In this document: positions 9,133-20,255 of the stretch, piece by piece
How the letters are laid out: every line of letters begins with the position of its first letter
Position numbering within the stretch: position 1 is the first letter of the stretch
Assembly (NCBI GenBank): GCA_965228875.1
Contig: OZ245843.1
Location: 2,958,616 to 3,022,615, forward strand
Length of the DNA stretch: 64,000 nucleotides
Source: Thalassobaculaceae bacterium
GTDB taxonomy: Bacteria > Pseudomonadota > Alphaproteobacteria > Thalassobaculales > Thalassobaculaceae
Direction of reading: 5' to 3'
The notes under the pieces: generated by a model
What the model was told of the DNA's origin: nothing
The model's input: only the letters and a program-made list of their open reading frames with translations
Databases searched by the model: none
Position numbers and translations under genes: made by a program

Positions 9133-10320
9133 GTGATCGGATCTTTCGACTCCATGCGCCGCCTGGCCGTGATCGGCGCTGGCGTGATCGCCCTGGCCGG
9201 CTGTTCGTTCAGCACCGATTCGCTCTGGCCGTCGCTGACGGGGGAGGCGCCGAGCGCCGACGCCCGGCCGGCCGAGACCGTGGCCATCCGGCCATCCGCC
9301 GGAGAACGCGCGGGCGCGCCGCTGACCAATGCGCCGCCGGCCCTGGGCGGCACCAATTTCGAGGTCCCGTCGCCGGCGCCGTTGCAGCCGACGGGAACCT
9401 TCGTCGGCGAGAAGGTGCAGCAGCTGCGCGGGGATCTCGTCCGCCTTCAGGACAGCATCCGCGGCCACAATGGCAGCCTCCAGGCGCTGCGCGGCCAGAC
9501 CGTCCAGAACGCCCAGACCTATCACCAGACGGTCGCGTCCATCGAATCGCGCCTGCAGGTCGGCACGACGCCGGGCAACCCGCAGATGGTCGATCAGTGG
9601 AACAGTGCCCAGCGCCAGCTTGAGCAGGTCAACACCGACATCTCGAACATGAACGACCTGGCCAACCGGGTCTCGGCCGACGCCGCGCTGTCGACCTATC
9701 TGCTCGAATCCGTGCGCGCCGCCTACGGCCTGTCCGGCGCCGTCGAGGCCGATCATGAACAGCTCGCGGTCCTCGAGGACGAGACCAACCAGACGGTGGT
9801 GCTGATCGACCGGCTGCTGACCGAGTTGAGCGACGATATCCGCCGGCAGAGCGCCTATGTCGCGAACGAGCGCAACGACCTGAACACCATGGCCGTCGCC
9901 ATCAAGAACGGCGAGCTGTTCGGAACCAGCCTGGCCAACCGGTCGTTCGGCGGCGGTACCGCCCAGGCCGCGACCGGCGGCGCAACCTTCCCGGCACCGT
10001 CCAGCGCTGGTCTGACCGGCCGGCGACCGCTGGTGGTGATCCGCTTCGACCGGCCGAGCGTCGACTACGAGCAGCCCCTGTACAGCGCCGTTCGCCGCGC
10101 GCTGGAGCGTCGGCCCGAAGCGATCTTCGATGTGGTCGCCGTCAGCCCGCAGTCGGTCAACCAGGGCCGGGCCGCGCTGAACGCCAACCAGGCCAAGCGC
10201 AACGCGCAGAGCGTGTTCCGCAGCCTGCAGGAGATGGGTCTGCCGCCGGGACGCGTGGCGCTGTCGGCCCAGTCGGCGCCCGACGCGCGCACCAACGAGG
10301 TCCGCATCTACGTCCGCTGA
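9133..10320 (+). CDS. Putative lipoprotein with a coiled coil and an OmpA-like C-terminus
   Basis: Lipobox ALAGC; helical middle region; VIRFDR...NEVRIYVR tail; start at GTG 9133 or ATG 9154. Confidence 0.7.
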   Translation: MIGSFDSMRRLAVIGAGVIALAGCSFSTDSLWPSLTGEAPSADARPAETVAIRPSAGERAGAPLTNAPPALGGTNFEVPSPAPLQPTGTFVGEKVQQLRGDLVRLQDSIRGHNGSLQALRGQTVQNAQTYHQTVASIESRLQVGTTPGNPQMVDQWNSAQRQLEQVNTDISNMNDLANRVSADAALSTYLLESVRAAYGLSGAVEADHEQLAVLEDETNQTVVLIDRLLTELSDDIRRQSAYVANERNDLNTMAVAIKNGELFGTSLANRSFGGGTAQAATGGATFPAPSSAGLTGRRPLVVIRFDRPSVDYEQPLYSAVRRALERRPEAIFDVVAVSPQSVNQGRAALNANQAKRNAQSVFRSLQEMGLPPGRVALSAQSAPDARTNEVRIYVR

Positions 10321-10422
10321 ACGGCGACCGGACGGCTCTGCCCTTCATCGACAGCACACAGGACGGCGTGACCGGGTGATCCGGTCGCCGGCCCTCCGTC
10401 GTAGACACGGCGGAGGTGTGAC

Positions 10423-10857
10423 ATGACCCGAACTCTCCCGATCCGGATCGCCGCCATTCTCCTCGCGGCGCTCGTCCTTTTCGCCGCGCCGTCGCGGGCG
10501 CAGACGACGGAAGACGCCGCCGCCTTCCGCGGCGTGATCTCGTCCCAGGTCGAGGCGTTCCGGCGCGATGCCTGGGACACCGCCTTCGCCTATGCCTCGC
10601 CCGGCATCCGGCGGATGTTCGGCACCAGCGACCGGTTCCGCTCGATGGTGCTCGGCGCCTACGAGGCCGTCGCACGTCCCCGGGTGTTCGAGTTCGAGGA
10701 CGCGACCGTGCTCGACGGCCGACCGACCCAGCCGGTCTTCGTCATCGGCCCCGACGGCGTCGCCCGACGGGCGTTCTACTTCATGGAGCAGCAACCGGAC
10801 GGTGACTGGAAGATCGACGGCGTCGTCCTGGAGATCCTGTCCGACCGCACCACCTGA
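10423..10857 (+). CDS. DUF4864-like exported protein
   Basis: Signal peptide; [19 protein letters not shown] and WKIDGV. Confidence 0.7.
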   Translation: MTRTLPIRIAAILLAALVLFAAPSRAQTTEDAAAFRGVISSQVEAFRRDAWDTAFAYASPGIRRMFGTSDRFRSMVLGAYEAVARPRVFEFEDATVLDGRPTQPVFVIGPDGVARRAFYFMEQQPDGDWKIDGVVLEILSDRTT

Positions 10858-10934
10858 GGCTTCGCCGATTGCCAGCGCCGCCCGTGCCCGCTATAGGCCT
10901 GCGGGACAGTGAGACCGCGTGGAGGCGATCAGGC

Positions 10935-11441
10935 ATGGATGGAAGCAAGGACGAGTCGCCGCGACGGTCGTTCCCGGTATCCTGGGAGGAACTGCACCGC
11001 ACCGGTCGGGCCCTGGCGTGGCGCCTGCTCGACGCCGGCCCGTTCGAGGGCATCGTCGGCATCACCCGCGGCGGCCTGGTGCCGGCGGCGATCGTCGCCC
11101 GAGAGCTGGAACTGCGCCTGATCGACACGATCGGCGTGTCGAGCTACTCCGGCTACGACGGCCCCCGCGGCGAGCTCAAGGTGGTCAAGCCGCCGAGCCT
11201 TACCCAGGACGGCGCCGGATGGCTGATCGTCGACGATCTGGTGGACACCGGCGAAACGGCGAAGGTCGTGCGCGCCATGCTGCCCAAGGCGCATTTCGCC
11301 ACGATCTACGCCAAACCGGCCGGGCGCCCGCTGGTCGACACCTTCGTCACCGAGGTCAGCCAGGACACCTGGATCTACTTCCCGTGGGATACCGAGCCGC
11401 GACCGGTCGATCCGATCATCGGTCTGCGTCCGGCGACCTGA
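10935..11441 (+). CDS. gpt: Xanthine phosphoribosyltransferase
   Basis: [25 protein letters not shown] motif, [12 protein letters not shown]. Confidence 0.93.
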   Translation: MDGSKDESPRRSFPVSWEELHRTGRALAWRLLDAGPFEGIVGITRGGLVPAAIVARELELRLIDTIGVSSYSGYDGPRGELKVVKPPSLTQDGAGWLIVDDLVDTGETAKVVRAMLPKAHFATIYAKPAGRPLVDTFVTEVSQDTWIYFPWDTEPRPVDPIIGLRPAT

Positions 11442-12324
11442 CCGGCACGCTGTCGACGAAGCGCAGGTCGCCGATCCGCACGGCGACAAAGACCCGGGCC
11501 GGCGCCCCGGCCCGTTCGACCGGCGCCAGCGTCTTCGGGTTGCGGACCTCAAGATAGTCGACGCCGTCGAACCCGGCCTCGTTCAGGGTGTCGAGGCCCC
11601 AGGCGATTTCGCCGGCCGGCGTGCTCACGCCGTCGGCCAGGCGCGCCGCCATGCGCCCGAGCGTGCGGCTCAGGCTGGCGACCCGCTCGCGCCCCGCCTC
11701 GTCCAACCGGTCGATCTCGGCCACCGGCGTGATGCCGCCGGGACCGCGCGCGGCATCGACCACGCGCACCAGGGGCGCGCCGGGACGTCCGGAAAGCCGG
11801 GCCGCCAGAACGCAGGCGCGCTGGAACACCGCGCCGCTCTGATACAGCCGGTTCGGCGCCGTCATCTCGACCATGCGCTCGATCCGGCCGACCGCTTCGG
11901 TCAGCGCCGGCCGGTCGAACCTGCCCTCCATGGTCTCGGCGAAACCCGGCAGGCCCTCGATCGGGACGGGGTCGAGCTCCTGGCGGGCGACGAACAGCAC
12001 GTCGGCGCCGTTACGTGACAGCAGGGTGCGGCCGACGGGATCCACCAGCACCTCGCCGCGCGGCCCGGCCGCCACCACCACCCGGTCGCATTCCCGCGCC
12101 GCCAGCGCCAACAGCATGAGATGGCCGACATGGGCCTCGCCGAGAACGGGAACCAGCCCGACCGTGTTGTCGTCCTCGCGCCAGTCCGCCAGGATCTCGC
12201 CCAGCGTCGCCGGTTCGGTGACGACCTCGACATCGCCGGCGTCCTCATCGTCCAGGCTGAAAGACAGGGCCGGATCGTACGGTCCCTCCCGACCGCCGTC
12301 GGATTTTCCAACTCTTCTCGACAT
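11416..12324 (-). CDS. Degenerate pantoate-beta-alanine ligase (PanC)-like protein
   Basis: [14 protein letters not shown] and the C-terminal VDYLEVR...RFVDS resemble PanC, but several catalytic motifs are lost. Confidence 0.7.
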   Translation of the reverse strand: MSRRVGKSDGGREGPYDPALSFSLDDEDAGDVEVVTEPATLGEILADWREDDNTVGLVPVLGEAHVGHLMLLALAARECDRVVVAAGPRGEVLVDPVGRTLLSRNGADVLFVARQELDPVPIEGLPGFAETMEGRFDRPALTEAVGRIERMVEMTAPNRLYQSGAVFQRACVLAARLSGRPGAPLVRVVDAARGPGGITPVAEIDRLDEAGRERVASLSRTLGRMAARLADGVSTPAGEIAWGLDTLNEAGFDGVDYLEVRNPKTLAPVERAGAPARVFVAVRIGDLRFVDSVPVRSPDADR

Positions 12325-12589
12325 GCACAGTCACCAATGGTCCTGCCGCGCCGGGTCTGTCACCCGCGCGATCGGGCGCCGAAACCTGCATCCGGCCTTC
12401 GGGAAGGTCCGCAACGCACCTGCGGCACGAGGTTGAGGTTCGACGCACCCCGACGACCCCTGGCCGCACGGACCCGCCCCACCATTGCCGTGGCGGAGCG
12501 ATCAGCCCGCCCGGATCGACAAAAGGCTACACCGCACCAGCGAAGGCCCGCAAAGTAAAATCTGCACCCCGACGGACGGCTCCTTGCCG

Positions 12590-13954
12590 TCAGGCGCCGG
12601 TCCGCAATGGCAGATTGATGCGGAAGGTGGACCCGTCGGCGCCCGTCCGTTCCAGGGTCAGCGTGCCGCCGTGTGCCTGCACCAGGTCGCGGGCGATGGT
12701 CAGCCCGAGGCCCGTACCGTCCTTGCGGCCGGAGAACTGGAACGGCTGGAACAGCCGGCCACGCCCCTCCTCCGGGATGCCGGGACCGTTGTCGCTGATG
12801 TCGACCACCAGGCGGCCGGCCTCCTCCCGGGCGAGGAACCGCAGGGTATCGGCGCCGGCGTTGACGGCGTTGCTCGCGATGTTCTCGACGACACGGTACA
12901 TCTGGCTGCGGTCGGCCTGCAGCGGAACGTCCGCATCCCCGTCCAGCAGTACGCGCACCGCACCGCCCTCAGGAGCCTCCAGGTCGGCCCGCAGATCGGC
13001 GACCAGATCGGCCAGCCGGACCGGCGCCAGGGTCAGGGGCGGGGTCTCGCGGGCGAAGTTCAGCGTGGTCGAACACAGCTCGGCGGCCCGGTCGATCGCC
13101 CGCACCAGGGTCGGCGTGATCCTCTGGACGTCGGGATCCTGGCTCATGGCCAGCCGGTCGGAAATCAGGGTGGCGGTCGCCAGCATGTTGCGCAGGTCGT
13201 GGCTGATCTTGCTCACCGCCGTGCCGAGAGCGACCAGCCTGGTCCGCTGACGCAGGGCGGCACGCATCTCCTCCTTCATGAGGCCGAGTTCGCGCAGGGC
13301 GACACCGATCTCGTCGCGCCGGCCGCCGTCGTCCAGGTCGGAAACCCGGTCCTCCGGGCGTTTGCGGAAGGCCACCAGACTGCCCGTGATGCGTTCGAGC
13401 GGGCGCACCATCAGCCAGCGCAGGCTGACGAAGACCAGAGCGGCGGTGAAGACCGAGATCAGGATCGACAGGTTCAGGATGCGCCAGGAGAAATCGTACA
13501 TCTCCGCCCGCAGCGGATACTCGTCGAGGGTGACGACCACCGTCGCCGCCGGGTCCATCGGCGCCGGTCCGGTCACGCGAAGGATGCGGTTGCCGGTCTG
13601 GAACAGGGCGTCGAAGGCGTCGATCACGAGTTCGAGCGCCATGGGGTCCACCAGCGAAACCTCGACCTGCCCTGGCGGACGCATCGGCCGGCTGAGAGCG
13701 CGCCGATCACCCTCGCCGCCGGTGACGACGATCTCATAGGCGCCGACATGGTCGAGCAGTTCGAAGGTGAGTTCCCGGCTGATCGCCCTGTCCGGCGAGC
13801 CGTCGATGGTGAGGGCGGCCAGGTGCGCCTTGTCCAGCCGCTCGGTCAGGTAGGTCAGCCGGAAGCGAGCGATCGACGGGGTGTAGATCAGCACTTCTGA
13901 GACCATCACGAAGAAGATGGTCAGGCACAGGACGCGGAAGGAGAGCGAACGCAT
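12590..13954 (-). CDS. HAMP sensor histidine kinase
   Basis: 2 TM helices, HAMP (RDEIG), ISHDLRN H-box, DNGPG and GTGLGL. Confidence 0.9.
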   Translation of the reverse strand: MRSLSFRVLCLTIFFVMVSEVLIYTPSIARFRLTYLTERLDKAHLAALTIDGSPDRAISRELTFELLDHVGAYEIVVTGGEGDRRALSRPMRPPGQVEVSLVDPMALELVIDAFDALFQTGNRILRVTGPAPMDPAATVVVTLDEYPLRAEMYDFSWRILNLSILISVFTAALVFVSLRWLMVRPLERITGSLVAFRKRPEDRVSDLDDGGRRDEIGVALRELGLMKEEMRAALRQRTRLVALGTAVSKISHDLRNMLATATLISDRLAMSQDPDVQRITPTLVRAIDRAAELCSTTLNFARETPPLTLAPVRLADLVADLRADLEAPEGGAVRVLLDGDADVPLQADRSQMYRVVENIASNAVNAGADTLRFLAREEAGRLVVDISDNGPGIPEEGRGRLFQPFQFSGRKDGTGLGLTIARDLVQAHGGTLTLERTGADGSTFRINLPLRTGA

Positions 13955-13973
13955 CGAGGCCCCGTACCGACGG

Positions 13974-15398
13974 TCAGGAAAGCCGCATCAGAAACCGGAC
14001 GATCCGGCGGGTGCGCTCGGAGAACAGCTTGGGCACGTACCAACTCCCTGCCGCGCGCTTCACCACCTCGCTGCGCGTGGGATAGGGAACCACCAAGCCT
14101 GCCATATCGGCCACCGTCATCTTCTTGGCGATCGCCAGGGTCCAGAGCGAGACGATCTCGCCGGCTCCCGTCCCGACCACGGTCGCTCCAAGGATACGGC
14201 CCTTCTTCGAGACGTAAACCTTGGTGAAGCCGTCGGTGTCGCGCTCCGCGATCGCCCGGTCGTTCTCGGCGTAGGCCCAGCGCAGAACCTCGAATGCCTG
14301 CCCCCGGTCGCGCAACGTGGCCTCGTCGGCACCGACGCTCGCCAGTTCGGGCGCGGTGTAGGTCACCCGCGGCAGCGCCGTCTCGGCCTTGGCCGGCAGC
14401 CAAAACAGGGCGTTGCGGATGACGACGCCGGCGTGGAAGCCGGCCAGGTGGGTGAACTGAGCGCCGCCGGCGGCGTCCCCGACGGCGAAGACCCGCCGAT
14501 TGCTGGTCCGCAGCCGGCGGTCCAGCCGCAGACGCCCGCGCTCGTCGGTCTCGATTCCGGCGCGGGCGAGATCCAGCCCCTCGAAACCGACCCGCCGGCC
14601 GACAGCGACCAGCAGGTGGCTGCCGGTCAGCACGGTTTCGGCATCGTCGCTCCGGACCGTCAGTTCGATACCCGCGCCGCCGGCGCCGGCGTGAACCGCC
14701 GATGCGCCCTCGTGAATCTCCACCCCGTCGCGGATCAGCGCGCGGCGGACGATCTCCGCCGCCTCCTCGTCCTCGTTGCCGAGCAAGCGCGCCGCCTCGA
14801 TCAGCACCACCTCGGCGCCGAGGCGGGCATGGGCCTGGGCCAGTTCGCAGCCGATCGGCCCGCCGCCGAGCACCAGCAGCCGGCGCGGACGCTGTGGCAG
14901 GTCGAACACGGTCTCGTTGGTCAGGTAGGGGACGGTGTCGATGCCGGGGATCGGTGGGACGGCCGGCGCCGATCCGGTGGCGATCACGATGTACTTCGCC
15001 TCGACCCGCACGCCGCCGCCCTCGACCGAGCGCGGGCCGGTGAACCGCGCCTCCGCCTGGACGACGCGAACGCCGAAGCCGGTATAGCGCTCCACCGAAT
15101 CCATCGGCGCGATCGCGGCGATCACCCCCTTCACATGGTCGCGCACGCGCTGCCAGTCGACGCCGTGCACGCCGGCATCGATCCCGTAGCGTCCGGCAGC
15201 CGCCGTGCCATGGGCGGCATGGCCGGCGGCCAGCAGCGCCTTTGAGGGCACGCAGCCGACGTTGAGGCAGTCGCCGCCCATGTCCCCTTTTTCGAACAGC
15301 ACCACGCGCGCCCCCATCTGCGAGGCTCCGGCCGCCACCGACAGCCCGCCGGCGCCGGCGCCGATCACGCAGATATCCGCCTGCACCGTTTCGCTCAT
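13974..15398 (-). CDS. Pyridine nucleotide-disulfide oxidoreductase (Lpd/MerA family)
   Basis: GAGAGG, GGDCLNVGCVPSK, GGGPIG. Confidence 0.88.
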   Translation of the reverse strand: MSETVQADICVIGAGAGGLSVAAGASQMGARVVLFEKGDMGGDCLNVGCVPSKALLAAGHAAHGTAAAGRYGIDAGVHGVDWQRVRDHVKGVIAAIAPMDSVERYTGFGVRVVQAEARFTGPRSVEGGGVRVEAKYIVIATGSAPAVPPIPGIDTVPYLTNETVFDLPQRPRRLLVLGGGPIGCELAQAHARLGAEVVLIEAARLLGNEDEEAAEIVRRALIRDGVEIHEGASAVHAGAGGAGIELTVRSDDAETVLTGSHLLVAVGRRVGFEGLDLARAGIETDERGRLRLDRRLRTSNRRVFAVGDAAGGAQFTHLAGFHAGVVIRNALFWLPAKAETALPRVTYTAPELASVGADEATLRDRGQAFEVLRWAYAENDRAIAERDTDGFTKVYVSKKGRILGATVVGTGAGEIVSLWTLAIAKKMTVADMAGLVVPYPTRSEVVKRAAGSWYVPKLFSERTRRIVRFLMRLS

Positions 15399-15521
15399 CG
15401 TGCCGCTCCCTCGCTCGGGGTGTGGATCATGGGTAGATAGACGTTGAAAGCCGGTTTCGCCAACCAATGCCGGTGCGCGCCAGGAGGTGACAACGGAAGA
15501 CGATGCCGGGCCGGCCGCCCC

Positions 15522-16298
15522 TCAGACGTCCGGCGGACCGCCACGGCGAAACCGCTTGTAGACGACGGGAACCAGCGCCAGCAGGGTGAGGCCGGCGATC
15601 GGGATCAGCACCTCCGGCTCCAGGAAGATTCCCGCACCCGGCAGTTCGCCACGGGCGAAGACGGCGTCGAGTCCGTTGCCGACCGACACGAAGACGAAGG
15701 TGCCCGGGACGATCCCGACGAGCGTACCAATGACGAAGGTCCGGGCCGGGACGTTGAGCAGAGCCGGCACTATATTGACCAGCCAGAACGGGAAGAGCGG
15801 CACCAGGCGCAGGACCAGCAGATAGGATAACGCGTTCTCGCGGAACCCGGCCTCCAGGCGTTTGACGAAGGGTCCGGCGCGCGCGCGCAGGGCGTCGCCG
15901 AGCGCGCTCCGCGCCGCCAGGAACACCGCCAGCGCCCCGACGGTGGCTGCCAGCACCGTGATCGCCGTCCCCTCGATCAGGCCGAAGAACAGCCCACCCG
16001 TCACGGTCAGGACCAGGCCTACGGGCAGGGAGAAGGCGATCGAGAGGGTATAGGCCAGCGCGTAGCCGAGCCGGGTGGCCACCGGATAGGCCTCGACCCA
16101 GCCCTGGAGCAGGTCGCGATGGTCGGAGAGCGCCTGGAACGACACGAAGCGGTCGAGGTCGAAAGCGAAGAACGCCACCAGTCCGCACAGCAGAACCGCC
16201 AGCGGCAGCATCCGCCGCAACCGACCGCGGCTGTCGGCCGGCCCGTCCCCCGTTGCGCCGCCCCTGCCGTCGGCGACCATGCTGTCATCGTCGTTCAC
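15522..16298 (-). CDS. TVP38/TMEM64 (DedA/SNARE-associated) membrane protein
   Basis: LRLVPLFPFWLVN and GTLVGIVPGT; typically paired with the downstream oxidoreductase. Confidence 0.88.
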   Translation of the reverse strand: MNDDDSMVADGRGGATGDGPADSRGRLRRMLPLAVLLCGLVAFFAFDLDRFVSFQALSDHRDLLQGWVEAYPVATRLGYALAYTLSIAFSLPVGLVLTVTGGLFFGLIEGTAITVLAATVGALAVFLAARSALGDALRARAGPFVKRLEAGFRENALSYLLVLRLVPLFPFWLVNIVPALLNVPARTFVIGTLVGIVPGTFVFVSVGNGLDAVFARGELPGAGIFLEPEVLIPIAGLTLLALVPVVYKRFRRGGPPDV

Positions 16299-16530
16299 CC
16301 GTTCCCCCTAACGGTCGCCCGTTCGCCGGCCGACAGTCTCGCGTGTTCGCACCGGCCAAATTGCCCCCTCCCCCGCCTGACGCCAGTCAACAGGACGTGA
16401 GCGCTTCGTGCTCCAGCGCGAGCGGGGCCGGACACGCCGTGAGTTGGCGCCAGCCCAATCCGCCGAATGGCGCTAGCGGAGGAGCCAAAACAGGCCCAGA
16501 GTCCACGCCAGAATGACAATGGAGGCATTC

Positions 16531-18576
16531 ATGCCCGACGGCCAAGCTTCTCTCACGAAACCAAGCGTCTGCCCGCTCGACTGTCCGGACACCTGTAGCC
16601 TCGACGTCACCGTCGAGGACGGCCGGGTCGCGGCCGTGCGCGGGTCGACCGCCAATCCGCTGACCGAAGGCGTGGTGTGCAACAAGGTCGCCCGCTACTA
16701 CCCGCACTTCGTCCACGGCGAGGGACGCCTGACCTATCCGATGAAGCGGGTCGGCAGACGCGGAGAGGACCAGTTCGAGCGGATCACCTGGGATGAGGCG
16801 CTGGATCTGGTTCATGCCGGCCTCACCAGGGCGATCGACGCGCACGGACCGCAGTCGGTCGTCCCGCTCGCCTATGCCGGGCCGCACGGCATGCTCGCCG
16901 GCGGCTCGATGGATTTCCGGTTCTTCCACAAGCTCGGCGCCACCCTGCTCGACCGCGGGCCGATGTGCGGCGGGGTGAAGGGCGAGGCGTTCGTCTCGGT
17001 CTACGGCGCCATGCCCGGCACGCCGCCGGAACAGGGAGCGGACGCCGAACTCATCATCGTGTGGTCGAACAACGTCACCGTCTCCAACCTGCACTTCATC
17101 CGCACGATCAATCGCGCCAAGGCCCGGGGGGCGAAGATCGTCGTGATCGATCCCAAGCGGATCAAGGCGGCCGGACAGGCCGACATGCACGTGGCAATCC
17201 GGCCCGGCACGGATGTCGTTCTGGCCTATGCGCTGGCAACGGAGCTGGAGCGGATCGGCGCCTTCGATCCTGCGTTCATCGCGCAGTGGGCCTCGGGCAC
17301 CGACGAGTTCATGGATGCGGCCCGGGAATGGAGCGTCGAGCGCGCGGCCGAGGTCTGCGGGCTGCCCGAGGAGCAGATCCGCACCCTGGCCTCGTGGTAC
17401 GCCGAGGCGAGCCCGGCCCTGCTCGCCGTGGGCAACGGGCTCGAGCGCAATCAGAACGGCGGCAACTCGGTGCGGGCGATCTCGGCCCTGCCGGTTCTCT
17501 GCGGCAAGTGGGGTGTGCGCGGCGGCGGGGTGATCGCCAAGGTCGGCGCGGCCGTGCCGAAGACCATGGCCCGACTGCAGCGCACGGACCTGATCCCGCA
17601 AGGCACGCGGCGCATGAACATCATGGATGTGCCCGCGAGGATGCTGGACGACACGCTCGATCCGAAAGTGGCCGCGGTGTTCGTCTACAACCACAACCCG
17701 ATCGCCGTGTTCCCCGACCAGGCCCAGACCATGAAGGCGTTCAGCCGGGAGGATATCTTCGTCGTCGGCTGCGACGTTCAGATGACCGACAGCATGCGCT
17801 ACGTCGACGTCATCCTGCCGGCCTGCTCCCATTTCGAGCATGCCGACCTGTTCCCCGCCTATGGCCAGACCTACCTGCAGCGGGCTGAGGCGGTGATCCC
17901 GCCGGTCGGCGAGGCCCTGCCCAACACGGAGATCTTCCGCCGGCTGGCCGCCCGTTTCGGCTTCGACGACCCGTGCTTCTCGGCGACCGATGCCGAGCTG
18001 ATCGACGAGGCGGTGGATGCCGCCGACCCGAGGCTCGGCGGCCTGCGGCCGAGCGAGCTTCCGCTCGACCGGGCGCTGAACATGACCGCGGACGGACAGG
18101 CCGAGATCGTGCCGTTCGCCACGGTCTTTCCCAAGACCGCCAGCGGCAGGGCCGAACTCGCCTCCGACTGGATGGAGGAGGCGCGCGGCTTCCGGGTTCC
18201 CGCCTACCGACCGGTCGAGAGCGCCTATCCGCTCGCCCTCATCACCCCGTCCTCGGCAGACCGGACCAACGCCACCTTCGGCGGCCATCCCGCCTCCGAC
18301 GGTGTCCAGCCGCTGGAGATCAATCCCGCGGACGCGGCGGCGCGGGGCATCGCGGAAGGCGACATTGTCCGGGTCCACAACGACCTCGGAGAGACCCGTC
18401 TGCGGGCGGTCGTCACCGACGCCGTGAGACCCGGAAGCGTGTACTCGCCCAAGGGGACGTGGATGCGCACCAGCGAGACCGGTCTCACCGTCAATGCCCT
18501 GCTGCCGACCCACAAGGCCGACCTCTGCGAGGGCGCTTGCTTCAACGACGCCCGGGTCGAGGTGACGAAGGCCTGA
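16531..18576 (+). CDS. Molybdopterin oxidoreductase family protein
   Basis: CPLDCPDTC..C Fe-S motif, RLTYPMKR, C-terminal INPADA..RGI..GD; GGAGG SD. Confidence 0.9.
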   Translation: MPDGQASLTKPSVCPLDCPDTCSLDVTVEDGRVAAVRGSTANPLTEGVVCNKVARYYPHFVHGEGRLTYPMKRVGRRGEDQFERITWDEALDLVHAGLTRAIDAHGPQSVVPLAYAGPHGMLAGGSMDFRFFHKLGATLLDRGPMCGGVKGEAFVSVYGAMPGTPPEQGADAELIIVWSNNVTVSNLHFIRTINRAKARGAKIVVIDPKRIKAAGQADMHVAIRPGTDVVLAYALATELERIGAFDPAFIAQWASGTDEFMDAAREWSVERAAEVCGLPEEQIRTLASWYAEASPALLAVGNGLERNQNGGNSVRAISALPVLCGKWGVRGGGVIAKVGAAVPKTMARLQRTDLIPQGTRRMNIMDVPARMLDDTLDPKVAAVFVYNHNPIAVFPDQAQTMKAFSREDIFVVGCDVQMTDSMRYVDVILPACSHFEHADLFPAYGQTYLQRAEAVIPPVGEALPNTEIFRRLAARFGFDDPCFSATDAELIDEAVDAADPRLGGLRPSELPLDRALNMTADGQAEIVPFATVFPKTASGRAELASDWMEEARGFRVPAYRPVESAYPLALITPSSADRTNATFGGHPASDGVQPLEINPADAAARGIAEGDIVRVHNDLGETRLRAVVTDAVRPGSVYSPKGTWMRTSETGLTVNALLPTHKADLCEGACFNDARVEVTKA

Positions 18577-18588
18577 TCGGCCGCTCTC

Positions 18589-19092
18589 TCAGGCCGCACC
18601 CTCGCCGCCGCTGCAGAACGGGACCACGGCCGCCGACCCGGCGGCCGGCTTGCGGGCCAGCGCGGTCAGAACCAGGCCGACCCGACCCCGGGCGTCGCGG
18701 TAGGGCAGATGCGTCGCCATCATGTCCCCGAGACGGATCTGCACGATGCCGACCGGCGCCAACCGGCCGGCACCGGCATATCCGGCACCGATCCACGACA
18801 AAGCGGAACCGGGTTCCGCCTGCTCGGGGTAGGTCCCGATGAGCGGCGCGCCCAGGAAACCGCGAACGATCGAGCCCGCATACTCGATGCGAAATGCCCG
18901 CTGCGCCGGATCGTAGTGCGCGAGCAGCAGGTTCGGCATGATCTCGCAGAGGTCGGCGAGAAACAGCATGTCGGCCTCCGGCAGCGCCGCACCGGCCCGC
19001 TGGTCGTCCCAGTAGCGCCGCAGATCGTCGAACCACTCCGGACCTGACAGCGCCCAGCGCTCCTCCTCCGTTCGCTCCGTGCACAGGGGCAT
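18589..19092 (-). CDS. Single PAS-domain (PAS_5-like) protein
   Basis: LRRYW...LP...EIMPNLLL...FRIEYAG pattern; AAGGA SD. Confidence 0.55.
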   Translation of the reverse strand: MPLCTERTEEERWALSGPEWFDDLRRYWDDQRAGAALPEADMLFLADLCEIMPNLLLAHYDPAQRAFRIEYAGSIVRGFLGAPLIGTYPEQAEPGSALSWIGAGYAGAGRLAPVGIVQIRLGDMMATHLPYRDARGRVGLVLTALARKPAAGSAAVVPFCSGGEGAA

Positions 19093-19242
19093 TGCCGGTT
19101 CCTTTCGTCGACCGCGTGCGGCGCCGTCCGCCGCCGCCGGTCTATGGCAGGGGCAGGCCGGTTTCCGGTGTGTTGGCCGGTTGGCCGAATCTGAGGGGTG
19201 AATGACATTGCAGCCACCGGCCGGCACCTGCATCCTCGCCGC

Positions 19243-20229
19243 ATGACCGACCGACCCGAACAAGCGCCGCTCGTCGCCCTGCTCGCCGTTCCGGACAGCC
19301 AGTTGCTCGACATCGCCGGACCGTTCGAGCTGTTCGCCTCGGCCCGTCGACCGGAGGCACAGAGCGAGCCCGCCTATCGGGTCAGGCTGGTCGCGCTCGA
19401 GGGTCGCCGTGTGATGACCGAGGCCGGGTTGGCGTTGGACGCCCAGGCGACGATCGCCGACCTCGCCCCCGAAACCGTGGACACCCTGCTCATCGCCGGA
19501 GGCCCCGGCGCCCGACGGACCGACCACCGCGGCAGCCTCGACGCCTGGATCGTCGCCGCCGCCCAATCCGCGCGACGGGTGGCGAGCGTGTGCACCGGCG
19601 CCTTCCTGCTGGCCCGCACGGGCCTGCTGCGCGGGCGGACCGTCACCACCCACTGGGACCATGCCGCCACTCTGGGCGATCTGCACCCGGACATCGCCGT
19701 CGAGGCCGACCGGATCTATGTCGAGGATGGACGGTACTGGAGCTCGGCCGGCGTGACCGCCGGGATGGACCTGACCCTGGCGATGATCGCCCGCGACCTC
19801 GGCCGCCGGGAGGCGCTGCGCATCGCCCGCGCCAAGGTGATGGCGATGCAGCGCAGCGGCGGCCAGCGCCAGTACAGCGCGGAGCTCGCCCTGCAGTCCG
19901 CCGCCGACGCCCGGCTCGCAGCGCTCCAGGGCTGGATGTTCGAGAACCTCGATCGCCGCCTCTCGGTCGAGGAGCTTGCGGCCCAAGCCGGCATGGCGCC
20001 GCGCACCTTCGCCCGGCGGTTTCGCGACGCCGTCGGCGAGACACCGGCCGCCTTCGTCGAGCGCGCCCGCCTGGACGCCGCGCGGCGCCGGCTCGAGCGG
20101 CCGGACAGTGCCGTCGAGGATGTCGCCCGGCGCACCGGCTTCAGCAATGCCGAGCGGATGCGCCGCAGCTTCCAGCGCGCCTTCGGCGTCTCGCCCGCGG
20201 AATACCGCCGGCAGTTCGCCCCTTCCTGA
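19243..20229 (+). CDS. GlxA-family transcriptional regulator (DJ-1 plus AraC)
   Basis: SVCTGAF, SSAGVTAGMD, C-terminal AraC HTH. Confidence 0.9.
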   Translation: MTDRPEQAPLVALLAVPDSQLLDIAGPFELFASARRPEAQSEPAYRVRLVALEGRRVMTEAGLALDAQATIADLAPETVDTLLIAGGPGARRTDHRGSLDAWIVAAAQSARRVASVCTGAFLLARTGLLRGRTVTTHWDHAATLGDLHPDIAVEADRIYVEDGRYWSSAGVTAGMDLTLAMIARDLGRREALRIARAKVMAMQRSGGQRQYSAELALQSAADARLAALQGWMFENLDRRLSVEELAAQAGMAPRTFARRFRDAVGETPAAFVERARLDAARRRLERPDSAVEDVARRTGFSNAERMRRSFQRAFGVSPAEYRRQFAPS

Positions 20230-20255
20230 TCCCAAACCAGCGAGAGGAAAATCCC

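Noticed and set aside
13974..15398. Mercuric reductase MerA
   Set aside because: No C-terminal Cys-Cys pair and no mer genes nearby; this is the common TVP38-linked oxidoreductase
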